A DNA stretch of 64,000 bases from an uncultured Spirochaetota bacterium. Lineage in GTDB: Bacteria; Spirochaetota; Spirochaetia; SZUA-6; Fen-1364. The notes beneath the pieces are model-generated. The model ran no database searches, was not told where the DNA came from, and saw nothing but the letters and a program-made list of their open reading frames with translations. Every line of letters begins with the position of its first letter. Positions within the stretch are counted from its first letter, which is position 1. Where the stretch lies: the NCBI GenBank assembly GCA_963734545.1, contig CAVTHO010000004.1, positions 64,001-128,000 of the forward strand, written 5' to 3'. A program made the position numbers and the translations under genes. Shown piece by piece: positions 53,677 to 63,018 of this stretch.

Positions 53677-53881
53677 CGCGTGGCACGCGATGATCGTCGG
53701 CGTCCGTTTCGCCCGTGCGCTCAGGCGGGTCGAAACGGACGGCTTCTCCCTGAACGCGTGACGTGCCTTTCTCCCACACGAGGATCGTGATATCGTCGAG
53801 GCAGTTGAAAGCTGCCATCGGCGCAAATCAAAATAGCCGCGTAGTCCGCTTGTGACGCCGGACGCGGCAGAGGAGCGACGT

Positions 53882-54607
53882 ATGCTTCGTGTGAGAAAAT
53901 CGTGGGTCCTGATCTCCAGCAGCATCCTGCTCATCGCCCTGACAAGTCTCCATGCGGGCGCCCTCGGAGCAGAGGAGTCGAGATCGGTCCGGGACGTCGG
54001 GGGATTTGACAGCGTCAGCTTCGGCACCAGCGGCGAGCTCTTCATCACGCAGGGGGATCGGGAAGCGCTGGAAATCGTGGCCCCGGCCGGGGAACTTGCG
54101 CGCATCGTGACGGAGGTGCGCGGCGGCACGCTCTTTATCGGCAGGGAGGGAACAGGATCCGCCTTTTCCTTTCGCCTCCCGATATTTCGACTTACGGTGA
54201 AGACGATCGCCGCTCTCGAGACGCACAGCTCCGGCAGCATCAGGGCGAATAATCTCCGCGCGGGCTCTCTGCGCATCCGGATCAGCTCGTCCGGCGGCAT
54301 TTCGATCGATTCACTCGCCGCTGACTTGCTGGAAGTGCAGATCAGCTCGTCCGGATCGGTCAGGGCGGCGGGAACGGTGGAGCAGCAGAGCATCCATCTC
54401 AGCAGCTCCGGGAACTACCGGGCGGGGAATCTCGCAAGCAGGACAGCAAGCGTCAGGGTATCCAGCTCGGGCGATGCAACCCTGCGCGTCTCGGAAAGCC
54501 TCGAGGCGGACGTTACAAGCAGCGGAAACGTGCGATACTACGGAAGCCCCCCGCAGGTGAACGGGAATGTGACAAGCTCCGGCCGGCTCGTCAGGCTCGG
54601 AGACTGA
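53882..54607 (+). CDS. GIN-domain (DUF2807) beta-helix protein
   Basis: Signal peptide; repeated SSG/SSSG motifs; VRYYGSP. Confidence 0.8.
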   Translation: MLRVRKSWVLISSSILLIALTSLHAGALGAEESRSVRDVGGFDSVSFGTSGELFITQGDREALEIVAPAGELARIVTEVRGGTLFIGREGTGSAFSFRLPIFRLTVKTIAALETHSSGSIRANNLRAGSLRIRISSSGGISIDSLAADLLEVQISSSGSVRAAGTVEQQSIHLSSSGNYRAGNLASRTASVRVSSSGDATLRVSESLEADVTSSGNVRYYGSPPQVNGNVTSSGRLVRLGD

Positions 54608-54656
54608 CTTCACCGTGAGCGCGCAGGGGCTTCCGCGGCTGGATCAGGGCACGTCC

Positions 54657-55076
54657 CTACAACCTGGCGGTGCCCCCGCCCATGGCCACGATGGTGTCGA
54701 AGGCTTCCTTCTCCAGCGGCATGACCGAAAGGCGCCCCTCCCGCACCAGGTGTATGTTGCGCAGCGAGGGCTCGGCCTTGATCCTCGACAGCGTGACCGG
54801 ACTCTTCAGCGTCCACGCCGGTGCGACATCAACAGCGGACCAGATCTCCTCTTCGGATGTCTTGTCAGGGAAAGGCTCGGACAGGATCTTCATGGCAGCC
54901 ACGACGCTCTTCTCCTCGCCCGAGTGGTAGAAGAGAACCAGGTCGCCCGGCCTCATTTCCCGAAGATAGTTGCGGGCCTTGTAGTTTCGTATGCCGTCCC
55001 ATGTGGTCTTCCCGTCACGCACGAGATCAGGCCACCCGTAGGTGTCGGGATCGCTCTTGGCCAGCCAGTAGCTCAT
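54657..55076 (-). CDS. EVE domain protein
   Basis: YWLAKSDP, WDGIRNYKARN, FYHS, RLSVMP. Confidence 0.92.
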   Translation of the reverse strand: MSYWLAKSDPDTYGWPDLVRDGKTTWDGIRNYKARNYLREMRPGDLVLFYHSGEEKSVVAAMKILSEPFPDKTSEEEIWSAVDVAPAWTLKSPVTLSRIKAEPSLRNIHLVREGRLSVMPLEKEAFDTIVAMGGGTARL

Positions 55077-55085
55077 ACAGCCTCC

Positions 55086-55709
55086 TTATTCTGCTGACGG
55101 ATGGACCATGACGGGAAAACCTCCCGCAATGACCCGCACAATCGATTTCGGGGTCAACACCTGAAACATCGCGCCGCCGGCCGGGATGGTCCGGCCGTAC
55201 CCACCCGGTTCCCATTGTGTCAGACCATGCTCCCGCACCAGATACGGGAGACCTTCATTGTCCGCCACCAGCACGCCCGGCGGTAATTCCGACACCGGGG
55301 CGAGGTAAGTGCGTTTCCCCCGTTCGCCGTTCACCCGCTCGGCATGCAGAGCGAGATCGATCTCATCCGCGGAAGGTGAAGGCCCTGCGAAGAGGCCGGG
55401 GTTTGCCGCAGCCCAGATTTCCCGAAACAGACGGTACCGCGCATGCTGGCACTCGGCGCACGGCCGGTGGCCTGCTGCCAGCGCCGTCGCCTCATCCAGG
55501 AAGAACAGCTCCGTGTACCGGCCCGGGGCCATGATCGTTCTCTGTCGCCCGCGGAACTCGAGGACGCAGGTGATCCACCTCTTGCAGGCGAAAGCGCGCC
55601 GGATGCTCTGGTGGCCGTCGTGCAGACAGCCGCGGTTGCCCATCAATGTGCCCCGAGAGTCAGTGGCGATCAGCTCACCGAAGGGAGTAACGCGGTTCTG
55701 CCTTGGCAT
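55086..55709 (-). CDS. Conserved hypothetical protein with an Ada-like Cys motif
   Basis: QNRVTPFG, MGNRGCLH, YTELFFLDEATALAAGHRPCAEC. Confidence 0.7.
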   Translation of the reverse strand: MPRQNRVTPFGELIATDSRGTLMGNRGCLHDGHQSIRRAFACKRWITCVLEFRGRQRTIMAPGRYTELFFLDEATALAAGHRPCAECQHARYRLFREIWAAANPGLFAGPSPSADEIDLALHAERVNGERGKRTYLAPVSELPPGVLVADNEGLPYLVREHGLTQWEPGGYGRTIPAGGAMFQVLTPKSIVRVIAGGFPVMVHPSAE

Positions 55710-55802
55710 TCCTTCCTCACAGGAGAAAATAATGGAAAGCGCGGCGCCGGGGGAGACGAAAAGACGATGACGACGGGGCGCCTCTCTATTACATTCAAGG
55801 AG

Positions 55803-56675
55803 ATGAACAGAAAGGGTCTCCTGTTGTTCGCCTCCATGTGCGTGATCTGGGGAATCCCCTATTTCCTGATCCGCGTGGCCGTGGGCGAGATCTCGCCTGC
55901 CATGCTCGTGTTTGCCCGCACCGGGATCGGCGCGCTTATCCTGATGCCGATCGTGATCGCCCGAGGCGGCCTGCGGGGACTCGGCAGAAAATGGATTCCG
56001 ATACTCGCCTTTGCGGTCGTGGAGGTCGGCGGGCCCTGGTTCTTTCTTTTCAGCGCCGAGCAGCGCATTTCAAGCTCTCTGGCCGGACTCCTGGTCTCCT
56101 GCGTTCCGCTGGTCGGGATCGTGGTCGCGCCGCTCTTCGGGAACCGGGAAAAGATAGGACCCGTGGGCCTCGGCGGCCTGGCGCTGGGATTGGTCGGGGT
56201 GGCAGCCATCGTCGGTCTCGATCTTCACGCCTCCGACCCCAGGTCGCTCGTGGAAATGGCGCTGGTGGCGGTCGGCTATGCCGTCGGACCCGCCATTCTC
56301 GGACGCTACCTGAAGGGCGTTCCATCGGTGAGCGTGATCGGCATTTCGCTCGCGGCGTGTGCAGTGGCCTATGCGCCGCTCGCTGTTGCTCAGTGGCCGC
56401 GCGTCATGCCCGGCGCGGACGTGTTCGCATCCGTCGGTGTGCTGGCGGTCGTCTGCACCGCCCTTGCATTCCTGCTCTTCTTCGCGCTGATAGAGGAGAT
56501 CGGGCCCGTGCGCGCCACGGTTATCACGTACATCAATCCCGCCGTGGCAGCAATCGCCGGGATCGCGATCCTGCACGAGACGTTCACGGTCGGGATGGGA
56601 ATCGGTTTCGTTCTCGTTCTGGCCGGTTCCATCCTGGCGACCCGGCGCCGGGAAGTGACGAGAAGCAGAGCTTAG
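55803..56675 (+). CDS. EamA/DMT transporter
   Basis: IWGIPY, about ten TM segments, TYINPAVA. Confidence 0.9.
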   Translation: MNRKGLLLFASMCVIWGIPYFLIRVAVGEISPAMLVFARTGIGALILMPIVIARGGLRGLGRKWIPILAFAVVEVGGPWFFLFSAEQRISSSLAGLLVSCVPLVGIVVAPLFGNREKIGPVGLGGLALGLVGVAAIVGLDLHASDPRSLVEMALVAVGYAVGPAILGRYLKGVPSVSVIGISLAACAVAYAPLAVAQWPRVMPGADVFASVGVLAVVCTALAFLLFFALIEEIGPVRATVITYINPAVAAIAGIAILHETFTVGMGIGFVLVLAGSILATRRREVTRSRA

Positions 56676-56681
56676 GGGCCG

Positions 56682-57242
56682 ATGGAGCCGATCCTCTCGT
56701 TTCGATCCCCTCGGGATTTCCGTGCCTGGCTGGAGGGACACCACGACCAGGAGGAGGGAGCGTGGGTGGAATTCTACAAGGACGGCCGGCCCGCCCTGAC
56801 CTTCAACGATGCCCTGGAGGAGGCTTTCTGCTTCGGCTGGGTAGACTCGCTGCTGAAGAGCGTTGACGAGACCCGGTATCGCCTGAAGTTCTCGAAGAGA
56901 AGAAAGAAGAGCAAATGGTCCGCCCGGAACAGGGAGATTGCGGAACAGCTCATCGCGGCAGGCCGGATGACTCCCTGGGGACAAGCCGCCGTAGACGAGG
57001 CCAGGGCCAATGGGGCGTGGGAGGCTGTGGACCCGCGCCCGCTCTACGAGGATACGGAAGGCTTTCTCCGGGTGCTGGAGAACAACAGGGATGCCTCCCG
57101 GCAGTACGCGACCTTCACGGATTCCCTGCAACGACACTATGCCGGCTACTACTTTTCCGCCAGGCAGGACGCGACCCGGGAAAAAAGACTGAAGATGATC
57201 CTCGAGGCGATGAAGACGAAAAAGCGCCTTGCGGGGTACTGA
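56682..57242 (+). CDS. YdeI/OmpD-associated family protein
   Basis: FRAWLEGHH, EEAFCFGWVDS, SKWSARN, TREKRL. Confidence 0.88.
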   Translation: MEPILSFRSPRDFRAWLEGHHDQEEGAWVEFYKDGRPALTFNDALEEAFCFGWVDSLLKSVDETRYRLKFSKRRKKSKWSARNREIAEQLIAAGRMTPWGQAAVDEARANGAWEAVDPRPLYEDTEGFLRVLENNRDASRQYATFTDSLQRHYAGYYFSARQDATREKRLKMILEAMKTKKRLAGY

Positions 57243-57271
57243 GCGCAGACTCCAGGGCGGTCAGCATTGAG

Positions 57272-57297
57272 TCTGCCGGGGGTGAACCCCCGGCAGA
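57272..57297. terminator. GC hairpin between convergent genes
   Basis: TCTGCCGGGGG-TGAA-CCCCCGGCAGA. Confidence 0.55.
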
Positions 57298-57302
57298 ATT
57301 CC

Positions 57303-57863
57303 TTACTGCATCGGCTCGTAGCACAGCCAGACATTCCCGTTTCCGAAGACGCGCGTCCTGGCCAGCTTCAGCTTCAGCTTCCCTTTGATGCCTTCGAACA
57401 TCGTCCTCCCCCTGCCGATGACGACGGGTATCAGCACGAGCTGATATTCATCGATCAGGCTTTCCTGCGCCAATTGAGTAACGATGCTGCCGCTTCCCAT
57501 GATCACCATGTCTTTCCCGGGCGCCTTCTTCATCTTTCGAACTTCCGCGGCCGGGTCGCCCTTGACCAGTCTCGTATTGCTCCACGATGCCTTGTCCATT
57601 GTTCTCGAAAACACGACCTTCGGCAGGCTGTTCATCCCTTCTGCAACGACCGGATCATTTTTCATCGCCAGAGGGGTCGGCCAGTAGCCTGCCATGAGCT
57701 CATACGTGATCCTGCCGAACAGGAGCTCACCTCCCGCGCTGGCATTGCCCTGGACAAATGCATTGAACTCCGCATCGTTGTTGTGCGCCCAGCTCATGTC
57801 GCCGTTCATGTCCACAAAGTATCCATCCACGGTGACCGAATTGAAAACGATCAGCTTCCGCAT
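57303..57863 (-). CDS. Dihydrofolate reductase/RibD C-terminal family protein
   Basis: MRKLIVFNSVTVDGY, LLFGRITYE, PKVVFSRT, GSGSIV. Confidence 0.9.
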   Translation of the reverse strand: MRKLIVFNSVTVDGYFVDMNGDMSWAHNNDAEFNAFVQGNASAGGELLFGRITYELMAGYWPTPLAMKNDPVVAEGMNSLPKVVFSRTMDKASWSNTRLVKGDPAAEVRKMKKAPGKDMVIMGSGSIVTQLAQESLIDEYQLVLIPVVIGRGRTMFEGIKGKLKLKLARTRVFGNGNVWLCYEPMQ

Positions 57864-58031
57864 GTTGCTGCTCCTTTCGTGCGATCTTTCGGACAGGAGT
57901 CGGAGCAAACGAAGGATTCTCGACATCAGGAACGATTCGCTCTCCCCATTCTGTTGTGCAATCTCGGGAGGAGCCATATAGTATCTTTTCTGCCGGGTCG
58001 GCACGCGACGCGGCCTGAAGGAGAACGTGTC

Positions 58032-58934
58032 ATGAAGGATGAGGGCAGGGTTTCCTATTCCAGCCGCAGGTATGGCACTGGCGCCTTCATGCGCCGCAAG
58101 CAGTGGTGGTACTTCGAGGGTCTCGACGAGGCGAGGAAGCTCTATTTCGTGTTCCTCGCCCTCGAGGCTGTGCCGATGAGCTACGTGTCCCTCAAGGTCA
58201 TCGACTACAAATCCGGGAACCGCTGGACCGAGGACCATTTCGGCCGATTCGACGCTTCTCCCGGTGATCGGGTGGATGTACACGCGAAGGGGAAGTGGGG
58301 CTCTCTCCGTTTTTCGGGAAGGGCAGAGGACGGCTGGCGCGTCGAGGTGAAGACCGGGCGCCTGCAGGCGGAGATCACGCAGCGCCCCGAGGCCGAGCTC
58401 CACGTGAACAACCTCCTCACGCAGCACATCGACTACTCGATACGCCAGTTCATCAAGAACGACTGCCAGGGGGAGCTTGCCCTGGACGGCGAAGCCGGCC
58501 GGTTCTCGGGCCACGGCTACCATGAGCACAACTGGGGCGTGCAGGCGAGGCACTCCACCGCGCACTGGCTCCACTTCTGGTCCCCCGCCGCGGCAGGAGT
58601 CATCCTCTCCTGCCATTACGACGAAGGCCTGCCCCACCACTACAGTTTTCTCTGGACCGGAGGCGAGGAAAAGACACTCCATTCGCCTGCGGAATTCCTG
58701 TTCGATGCCGCGGAACCGGACAAGCCGTGGAAGGTCGTTTCCCCCGACCTCCTGATCGAGGCGCGGCCTGTCACCGGGCACAAGACGCGTATCCGCGTCC
58801 CTCCCCTCCTGCCCTACCTCGACGTGGACTACTACGAGCAGCTCCTCGAGGTGCGAGGCCGCGCGATTGTCGAGGGCAGGGAGGTCCCGATCACCGGCAT
58901 GGGAAAGCTCGATTTCAATTGGAATCGATGGTAG
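58032..58934 (+). CDS. Hypothetical protein, tocopherol cyclase/CrtC-like fold suspected
   Basis: QWWYFEG, GELALDGE...GHGYHEHNWG...HWLH. Confidence 0.5.
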   Translation: MKDEGRVSYSSRRYGTGAFMRRKQWWYFEGLDEARKLYFVFLALEAVPMSYVSLKVIDYKSGNRWTEDHFGRFDASPGDRVDVHAKGKWGSLRFSGRAEDGWRVEVKTGRLQAEITQRPEAELHVNNLLTQHIDYSIRQFIKNDCQGELALDGEAGRFSGHGYHEHNWGVQARHSTAHWLHFWSPAAAGVILSCHYDEGLPHHYSFLWTGGEEKTLHSPAEFLFDAAEPDKPWKVVSPDLLIEARPVTGHKTRIRVPPLLPYLDVDYYEQLLEVRGRAIVEGREVPITGMGKLDFNWNRW

Positions 58935-59041
58935 AAAGCGAGACAGGGCAGGAGGCGCGATGAGCAAAGCAGGCAGAACGAGGGGCGGCCCCGCGCCGGC
59001 CCTGCTGCCCGCCGGGCGTCTCTCCTTCCGCCGGATTTTTC

Positions 59042-59115
59042 TTGACCGTCCATGATTATTGTGATAATTTAGCATTATCGGATTAATCTGAATTATCAGA
59101 AAATACTGAATCGGA
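59042..59115 (+). promoter_or_regulatory. Promoter plus tandem 18-bp operator repeats
   Basis: TTGACC-17-TAATTT, then ATTATCGGATTAATCTGA and ATTATCAGAAAATACTGA (59074-59109). Confidence 0.6.
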
Positions 59116-59143
59116 AAAAGACGGACGGCCGGGAGGGGATCAG

Positions 59144-59416
59144 GTGGCACGGAAACAGGTAGCAAAGACCGCGGGATGCTGCAGCGTCGAGGCCGTGGTC
59201 ACGGTGGACGCGCGGGGGCAGATCGTGCTCCCCAAGGACCTTCGTGATCACGCGGGAATCGCCGCGGGAGACAAGCTCGCGGTCGTGAGCATGATGAGTG
59301 GAGGCAGAGTGTGCTGTCTTTCCCTCATGAAGGTGCAGGAGCTGGCCGGCACGGTGAGAGAGATTCTCGGCCCCGTGGCGCGTGAGCTCGCAGGAGAGGA
59401 GAAATCCAGTGGATAA
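59144..59416 (+). CDS. AbrB/MazE-type protein with two CC pairs (HgcC-like)
   Basis: GCCSVEAVVTVDARGQIVLPKDLR..AGIAAGDKL...VCCLSL. Confidence 0.75.
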   Translation: MARKQVAKTAGCCSVEAVVTVDARGQIVLPKDLRDHAGIAAGDKLAVVSMMSGGRVCCLSLMKVQELAGTVREILGPVARELAGEEKSSG

Positions 59417-60233
59417 CGATGTCAGATCGGAAGTCAGCAAGAGATACGCTGAGACGGCAAAGCTGCCGGTGAGCGCGGGCTGCGGATGCGGGTGCGGGTG
59501 CGGCCCGCAGGGCACGGTCAGCGCTGCAAGCGAGCAGCTCGGCTATGACCGGGAGGATCTCTCGTCCATCCCGAGGGAAGCAGACATGGGGCTGGGATGC
59601 GGCAATCCCACCGCCATTGCGGACCTGCGCCCGGGCGAGACGGTCCTGGATCTCGGTTCAGGAGGGGGGATCGACTGCTTCCTCGCCGCGGGGAAGGTCG
59701 GTCCTGCCGGAAAAGTGATCGGTGTCGACATGACCCGGGAAATGATCGACAGGGCCCGGAAGGCCGCGGGCAAGAGCCCGCACAAGAATGTGGAGTTCAG
59801 GCTCGGCGAGATCGAGAGCCTCCCGGTCCGGGACGGTGAAGCGGATGTGGTCATTTCGAACTGCGTGATCAACCTTTCCCCGGACAAGGGCAAGGTTTTT
59901 CGGGAAGCCTTCCGCGCGCTGAAGCCGGGGGGACGTCTCATGGTGTCCGACATTGTCTTGAGCGGCGAGCTGCCGGAGAAGGCCCGCTCGAGCATGGCTC
60001 TCTGGGCGAGCTGCGTGTCCGGAGCGATCCTTGAAAGGGACTACCTCGGGCTCATGAAAGAGGCCGGGTTCGAGGATATCAGCATAGCAAGCCGCAAGGG
60101 CGCCGCTGACCTGATCGACCCCGAGCAGGCGGAAGCGCTGCGCGGCCAGGTGCCTGACCTGTCAGCGGAGGAGGCAGTCCGGCTCGCCGGCATGATTCAG
60201 AGCGTCAGCGTGAAAGCCCTGAAGAGGCGGTAG
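59409..60233 (+). CDS. arsM: Arsenite methyltransferase
   Basis: GLGCGNP, VLDLGSGGGIDCF, DVVISNCVINLSPDK, WASCVSGA. Confidence 0.92.
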   Translation: MDNDVRSEVSKRYAETAKLPVSAGCGCGCGCGPQGTVSAASEQLGYDREDLSSIPREADMGLGCGNPTAIADLRPGETVLDLGSGGGIDCFLAAGKVGPAGKVIGVDMTREMIDRARKAAGKSPHKNVEFRLGEIESLPVRDGEADVVISNCVINLSPDKGKVFREAFRALKPGGRLMVSDIVLSGELPEKARSSMALWASCVSGAILERDYLGLMKEAGFEDISIASRKGAADLIDPEQAEALRGQVPDLSAEEAVRLAGMIQSVSVKALKRR

Positions 60234-60319
60234 CCCAGGGGCCGGGCCCGGCCAGCCAGCCTGGCCGCCCGGCCCTCGTATTGTCAGGGCTCTGCCCGGC
60301 CCCTGCCTCGCCCGCCTTG

Positions 60320-60706
60320 TTACGACTCCTGCAATACCGACAGGAAATTCCCCGCGGGATCCTTGAACCAGGCTATGTCGGGGCCCTGCCTGCTGGAGAG
60401 TCCGCGCGCAACGCCCTTCTTGTCGGTCTTCAGGCCATTGTCGTAGTGCTCGAATCGCACGCCACGGTTTGCGAGCTCATCCACCGCCTTGTCGATGTTG
60501 TCGACGACGAAGTTCAGGATGGTGAACGTTGCCGGCTGGTGATTGTCTTTTGAGTAGACAAACACCGCGGCGCCGCCGGGCAGGTGAAGCCTCAGCCCCA
60601 TGGCTTGTTCCTCCACCTTCAGTCCCAGGGTCCCGGTGTAGAAGTCCCTGGCTCTTGCCAGATCATCAACCGAAAAGCCGCTGAAAGCGGCATTTGCTTT
60701 GAACAT
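60320..60706 (-). CDS. VOC/glyoxalase family protein
   Basis: [35 protein letters not shown]. Confidence 0.9.
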   Translation of the reverse strand: MFKANAAFSGFSVDDLARARDFYTGTLGLKVEEQAMGLRLHLPGGAAVFVYSKDNHQPATFTILNFVVDNIDKAVDELANRGVRFEHYDNGLKTDKKGVARGLSSRQGPDIAWFKDPAGNFLSVLQES

Positions 60707-60856
60707 GGCTTCCTCCTCAAAGAGTCCCAAGATAAGATACTTAGGGAAACCGGCTGCGGGGGGCATGAACCCGACAATTCACACCGGAGCGCGGGCAGGC
60801 CGGCCGGGCCAGCGGCTGCGCTGGCCGATCTGCGGGCACTTTCGTACCTTTGGAGA

Positions 60857-61543
60857 ATGCCAGATATCCAGACGGAAAAAGCCATCTACGGCGCGGAGAG
60901 GCTCACCGGCTACCTCGCGGTGCCCGAGGGGAGAGGGCCCTACCCTGGTCTCATCGTGATCCACGAGTGGTGGGGACTGAATGAGCAGATCCGCTCAGTC
61001 ACCGTTGATCTTGCAAAGGCGGGGTATGCGGCCCTTGCCGTCGACCTCTTCCGCGGGACGGTGACTGCGAGCCCTGACGAGGCCAGGAAGCTCGCCATGG
61101 GTCTCGATTCATCACGGGCCGTCTCCGATCTTCACGAGGCCTTTCAATTCCTCTCCGGCAGGCCTTACGTGAAGAAGGGAAAGGTGGGGAGCATCGGCTG
61201 GTGCCTGGGGGGCGGGTACTCGCTGGGCCTTGCGCTTTCCGAGCCCTATCTTGCCGCCTGCGTGGTGTACTACGGCAGGCTCGAAAACGACATCGGGCGG
61301 CTTGCGAAGATCAGGAGCCCCGTACTCGGCTTCTTCGGCCAGGATGATGCGGGCATTCCCGCGGCCTCTGTGAACACATTCGAGGCCGCGATGAAGCAGG
61401 CGGGCCGCGAGATCGAAACGCACATCTACCCGGGAGCGGGACACGCGTTCGCCAATCCCACGCGCACCGAGGCGTACAGACCCGAGGCGACGAAGGACTC
61501 GTGGAGCCGAATGATGAAGTTCCTCGCAGCGAAGCTGGCATAG
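60857..61543 (+). CDS. Dienelactone hydrolase family protein
   Basis: IHEWWGLN, GWCLGG, YPGAGHAF. Confidence 0.92.
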   Translation: MPDIQTEKAIYGAERLTGYLAVPEGRGPYPGLIVIHEWWGLNEQIRSVTVDLAKAGYAALAVDLFRGTVTASPDEARKLAMGLDSSRAVSDLHEAFQFLSGRPYVKKGKVGSIGWCLGGGYSLGLALSEPYLAACVVYYGRLENDIGRLAKIRSPVLGFFGQDDAGIPAASVNTFEAAMKQAGREIETHIYPGAGHAFANPTRTEAYRPEATKDSWSRMMKFLAAKLA

Positions 61544-61633
61544 GCGCCGCAAGTCCCCCCGCGCCTCTTGTCCCTGGACAGCGCCCTCGGTAGGCTGTGC
61601 CTGCAGGTGCCACCGGAGTGGGCCCGGGAAGGA

Positions 61634-62524
61634 ATGAAAATGGACAGATGGTCATTGAAGCTGTCGGTTCTTGCGCTGGTCGTGGCGGTCCTCGCGGGCT
61701 GCGGCCGCGCGGGGGAGGCGCCTGCGCCGGGAAAGCCGGCCCTCGCGCTGGAGCGCGCGGCCTCGGGCGGCGGACAGGAATCCGCCAAGGGAGCCCCCGC
61801 TGCTGAAACCGGCACGGCGGCAGCCACGGACGTCCTGCAGGCAGGTCTTCCGTCTGCACGCATGGTGATCAGAACAGCGTCACTTTCCGTGCGCGTCAAG
61901 GACGTCGACGCGGCGTTTGCGCGCGCCATGCAGCTCACGGAGGCCAGCGGCGGGTACGTCCAGTCCAGCACGCAGTCCGTGGAAGGCGGCCAGCGGGCGG
62001 ACATGACGCTTCGCGTCCCTCCGGAAGGGTTTCTGCCGCTCGTCAGCTCCCTGGAGGCCCTGGGCACGCAGGAGAGCAAGAGCCTGGGCGGACAGGACGT
62101 GACGGAAGAGTATTACGACCTCGACGCGGAGCTGCAGAACAAGGTCCAGGTCCGCGGAAGGCTTTTTCAGCTATTGGAGAGGGCCTCCAAGGTAACGGAT
62201 GCGATCCAGGTGGAGGAACAACTCGATCGCGTGGGCGCGGAGGTCAACAGGATCAAGGGACGGATGAAATACCTGCAGACCATGGTCGGGCTGGCCACCG
62301 TCAATCTCAGCATCTATTCGGAAGCGCGACCCGCGGCGGAGGAATTCATCAACTGGAGCATGATCGGTCATGGCTTCGTCACGGCCGCCCGTGTGCTCGT
62401 GCGCGCCTTCTTCTTCATTCTCCAGGCCCTGGTCGTGCTGGTGCCGCTGGGCGTTCTCGGCGGGGGTATCGCGTGGGGCGTGGTGGCAGCAGTGCGGGCG
62501 CGGCGGAAGAAACAGGCGTCGTAA
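61634..62524 (+). CDS. DUF4349 lipoprotein
   Basis: Lipobox LAGC, MVIRTASL, DVTEEYYDL, C-terminal TM. Confidence 0.85.
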   Translation: MKMDRWSLKLSVLALVVAVLAGCGRAGEAPAPGKPALALERAASGGGQESAKGAPAAETGTAAATDVLQAGLPSARMVIRTASLSVRVKDVDAAFARAMQLTEASGGYVQSSTQSVEGGQRADMTLRVPPEGFLPLVSSLEALGTQESKSLGGQDVTEEYYDLDAELQNKVQVRGRLFQLLERASKVTDAIQVEEQLDRVGAEVNRIKGRMKYLQTMVGLATVNLSIYSEARPAAEEFINWSMIGHGFVTAARVLVRAFFFILQALVVLVPLGVLGGGIAWGVVAAVRARRKKQAS

Positions 62525-62534
62525 CGGCGCGCGG

Positions 62535-62903
62535 CTAGCGCAGGTCCTTCAGTGTCAGCTCGGTTCGGCCGATCAGGATGATGTCTTGCGGGTGCAGGCG
62601 CACGTATTTTCCGAGGGGCACGCGCTTGGAGTTCACGAAGGTGGCGTTCGTGCTGTCCAGGTCCTCGATGAAGTATTCGTTCTTCAGCTTCTGGATCACC
62701 GCGTGATGCCGGGAGGCCAGGGGATCATCCAGCACGATGGAGTTGTCCTCATCCCTCCCCACCGTGATCCGGCTGGTGATGGGGATGCTCCTGCCTTGAA
62801 AGACGAGAAACATGGGGCCGGGCTTGTGCACCTTGGAGAGGCGCTGGCCTACCACGCTTTCCGAGAAGATCGTCTCGTTGGGATTCTCGTCCTTGTTTGA
62901 CAC
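62535..62903 (-). CDS. FHA domain protein
   Basis: ITVGR, ASRHHA, DLDSTNATFVN. Confidence 0.9.
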   Translation of the reverse strand: MSNKDENPNETIFSESVVGQRLSKVHKPGPMFLVFQGRSIPITSRITVGRDEDNSIVLDDPLASRHHAVIQKLKNEYFIEDLDSTNATFVNSKRVPLGKYVRLHPQDIILIGRTELTLKDLR

Positions 62904-63018
62904 GCGGCGCCTCTCCTTCTAGAGCACCCGACATTTTTGCCCGCTCGCGGATTTCACCTGGAAGTGTAGTCTGCAAGCGGGCGGTTTTCAAGGCAACGGA
63001 TCAGCGGTATGCGCCCCG

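Noticed and set aside
53882-54607. Periodic AGCTCG/TCCGG DNA repeats
   Set aside because: Explained by the SSG repeats of the GIN beta-helix protein.
58468-58476. Additional GGGGGAGC core
   Set aside because: It lies inside a CDS with none of the junction flanks; chance match.
57267-59165. Long overlapping ORFs of 555 aa (+) and 620 aa (-)
   Set aside because: High-GC antisense extensions of two divergent genes with real starts at 58032 and 57863.
59144-60233. Mercury methylation locus
   Set aside because: No HgcA cap-helix motif or HgcB ferredoxin in the window.
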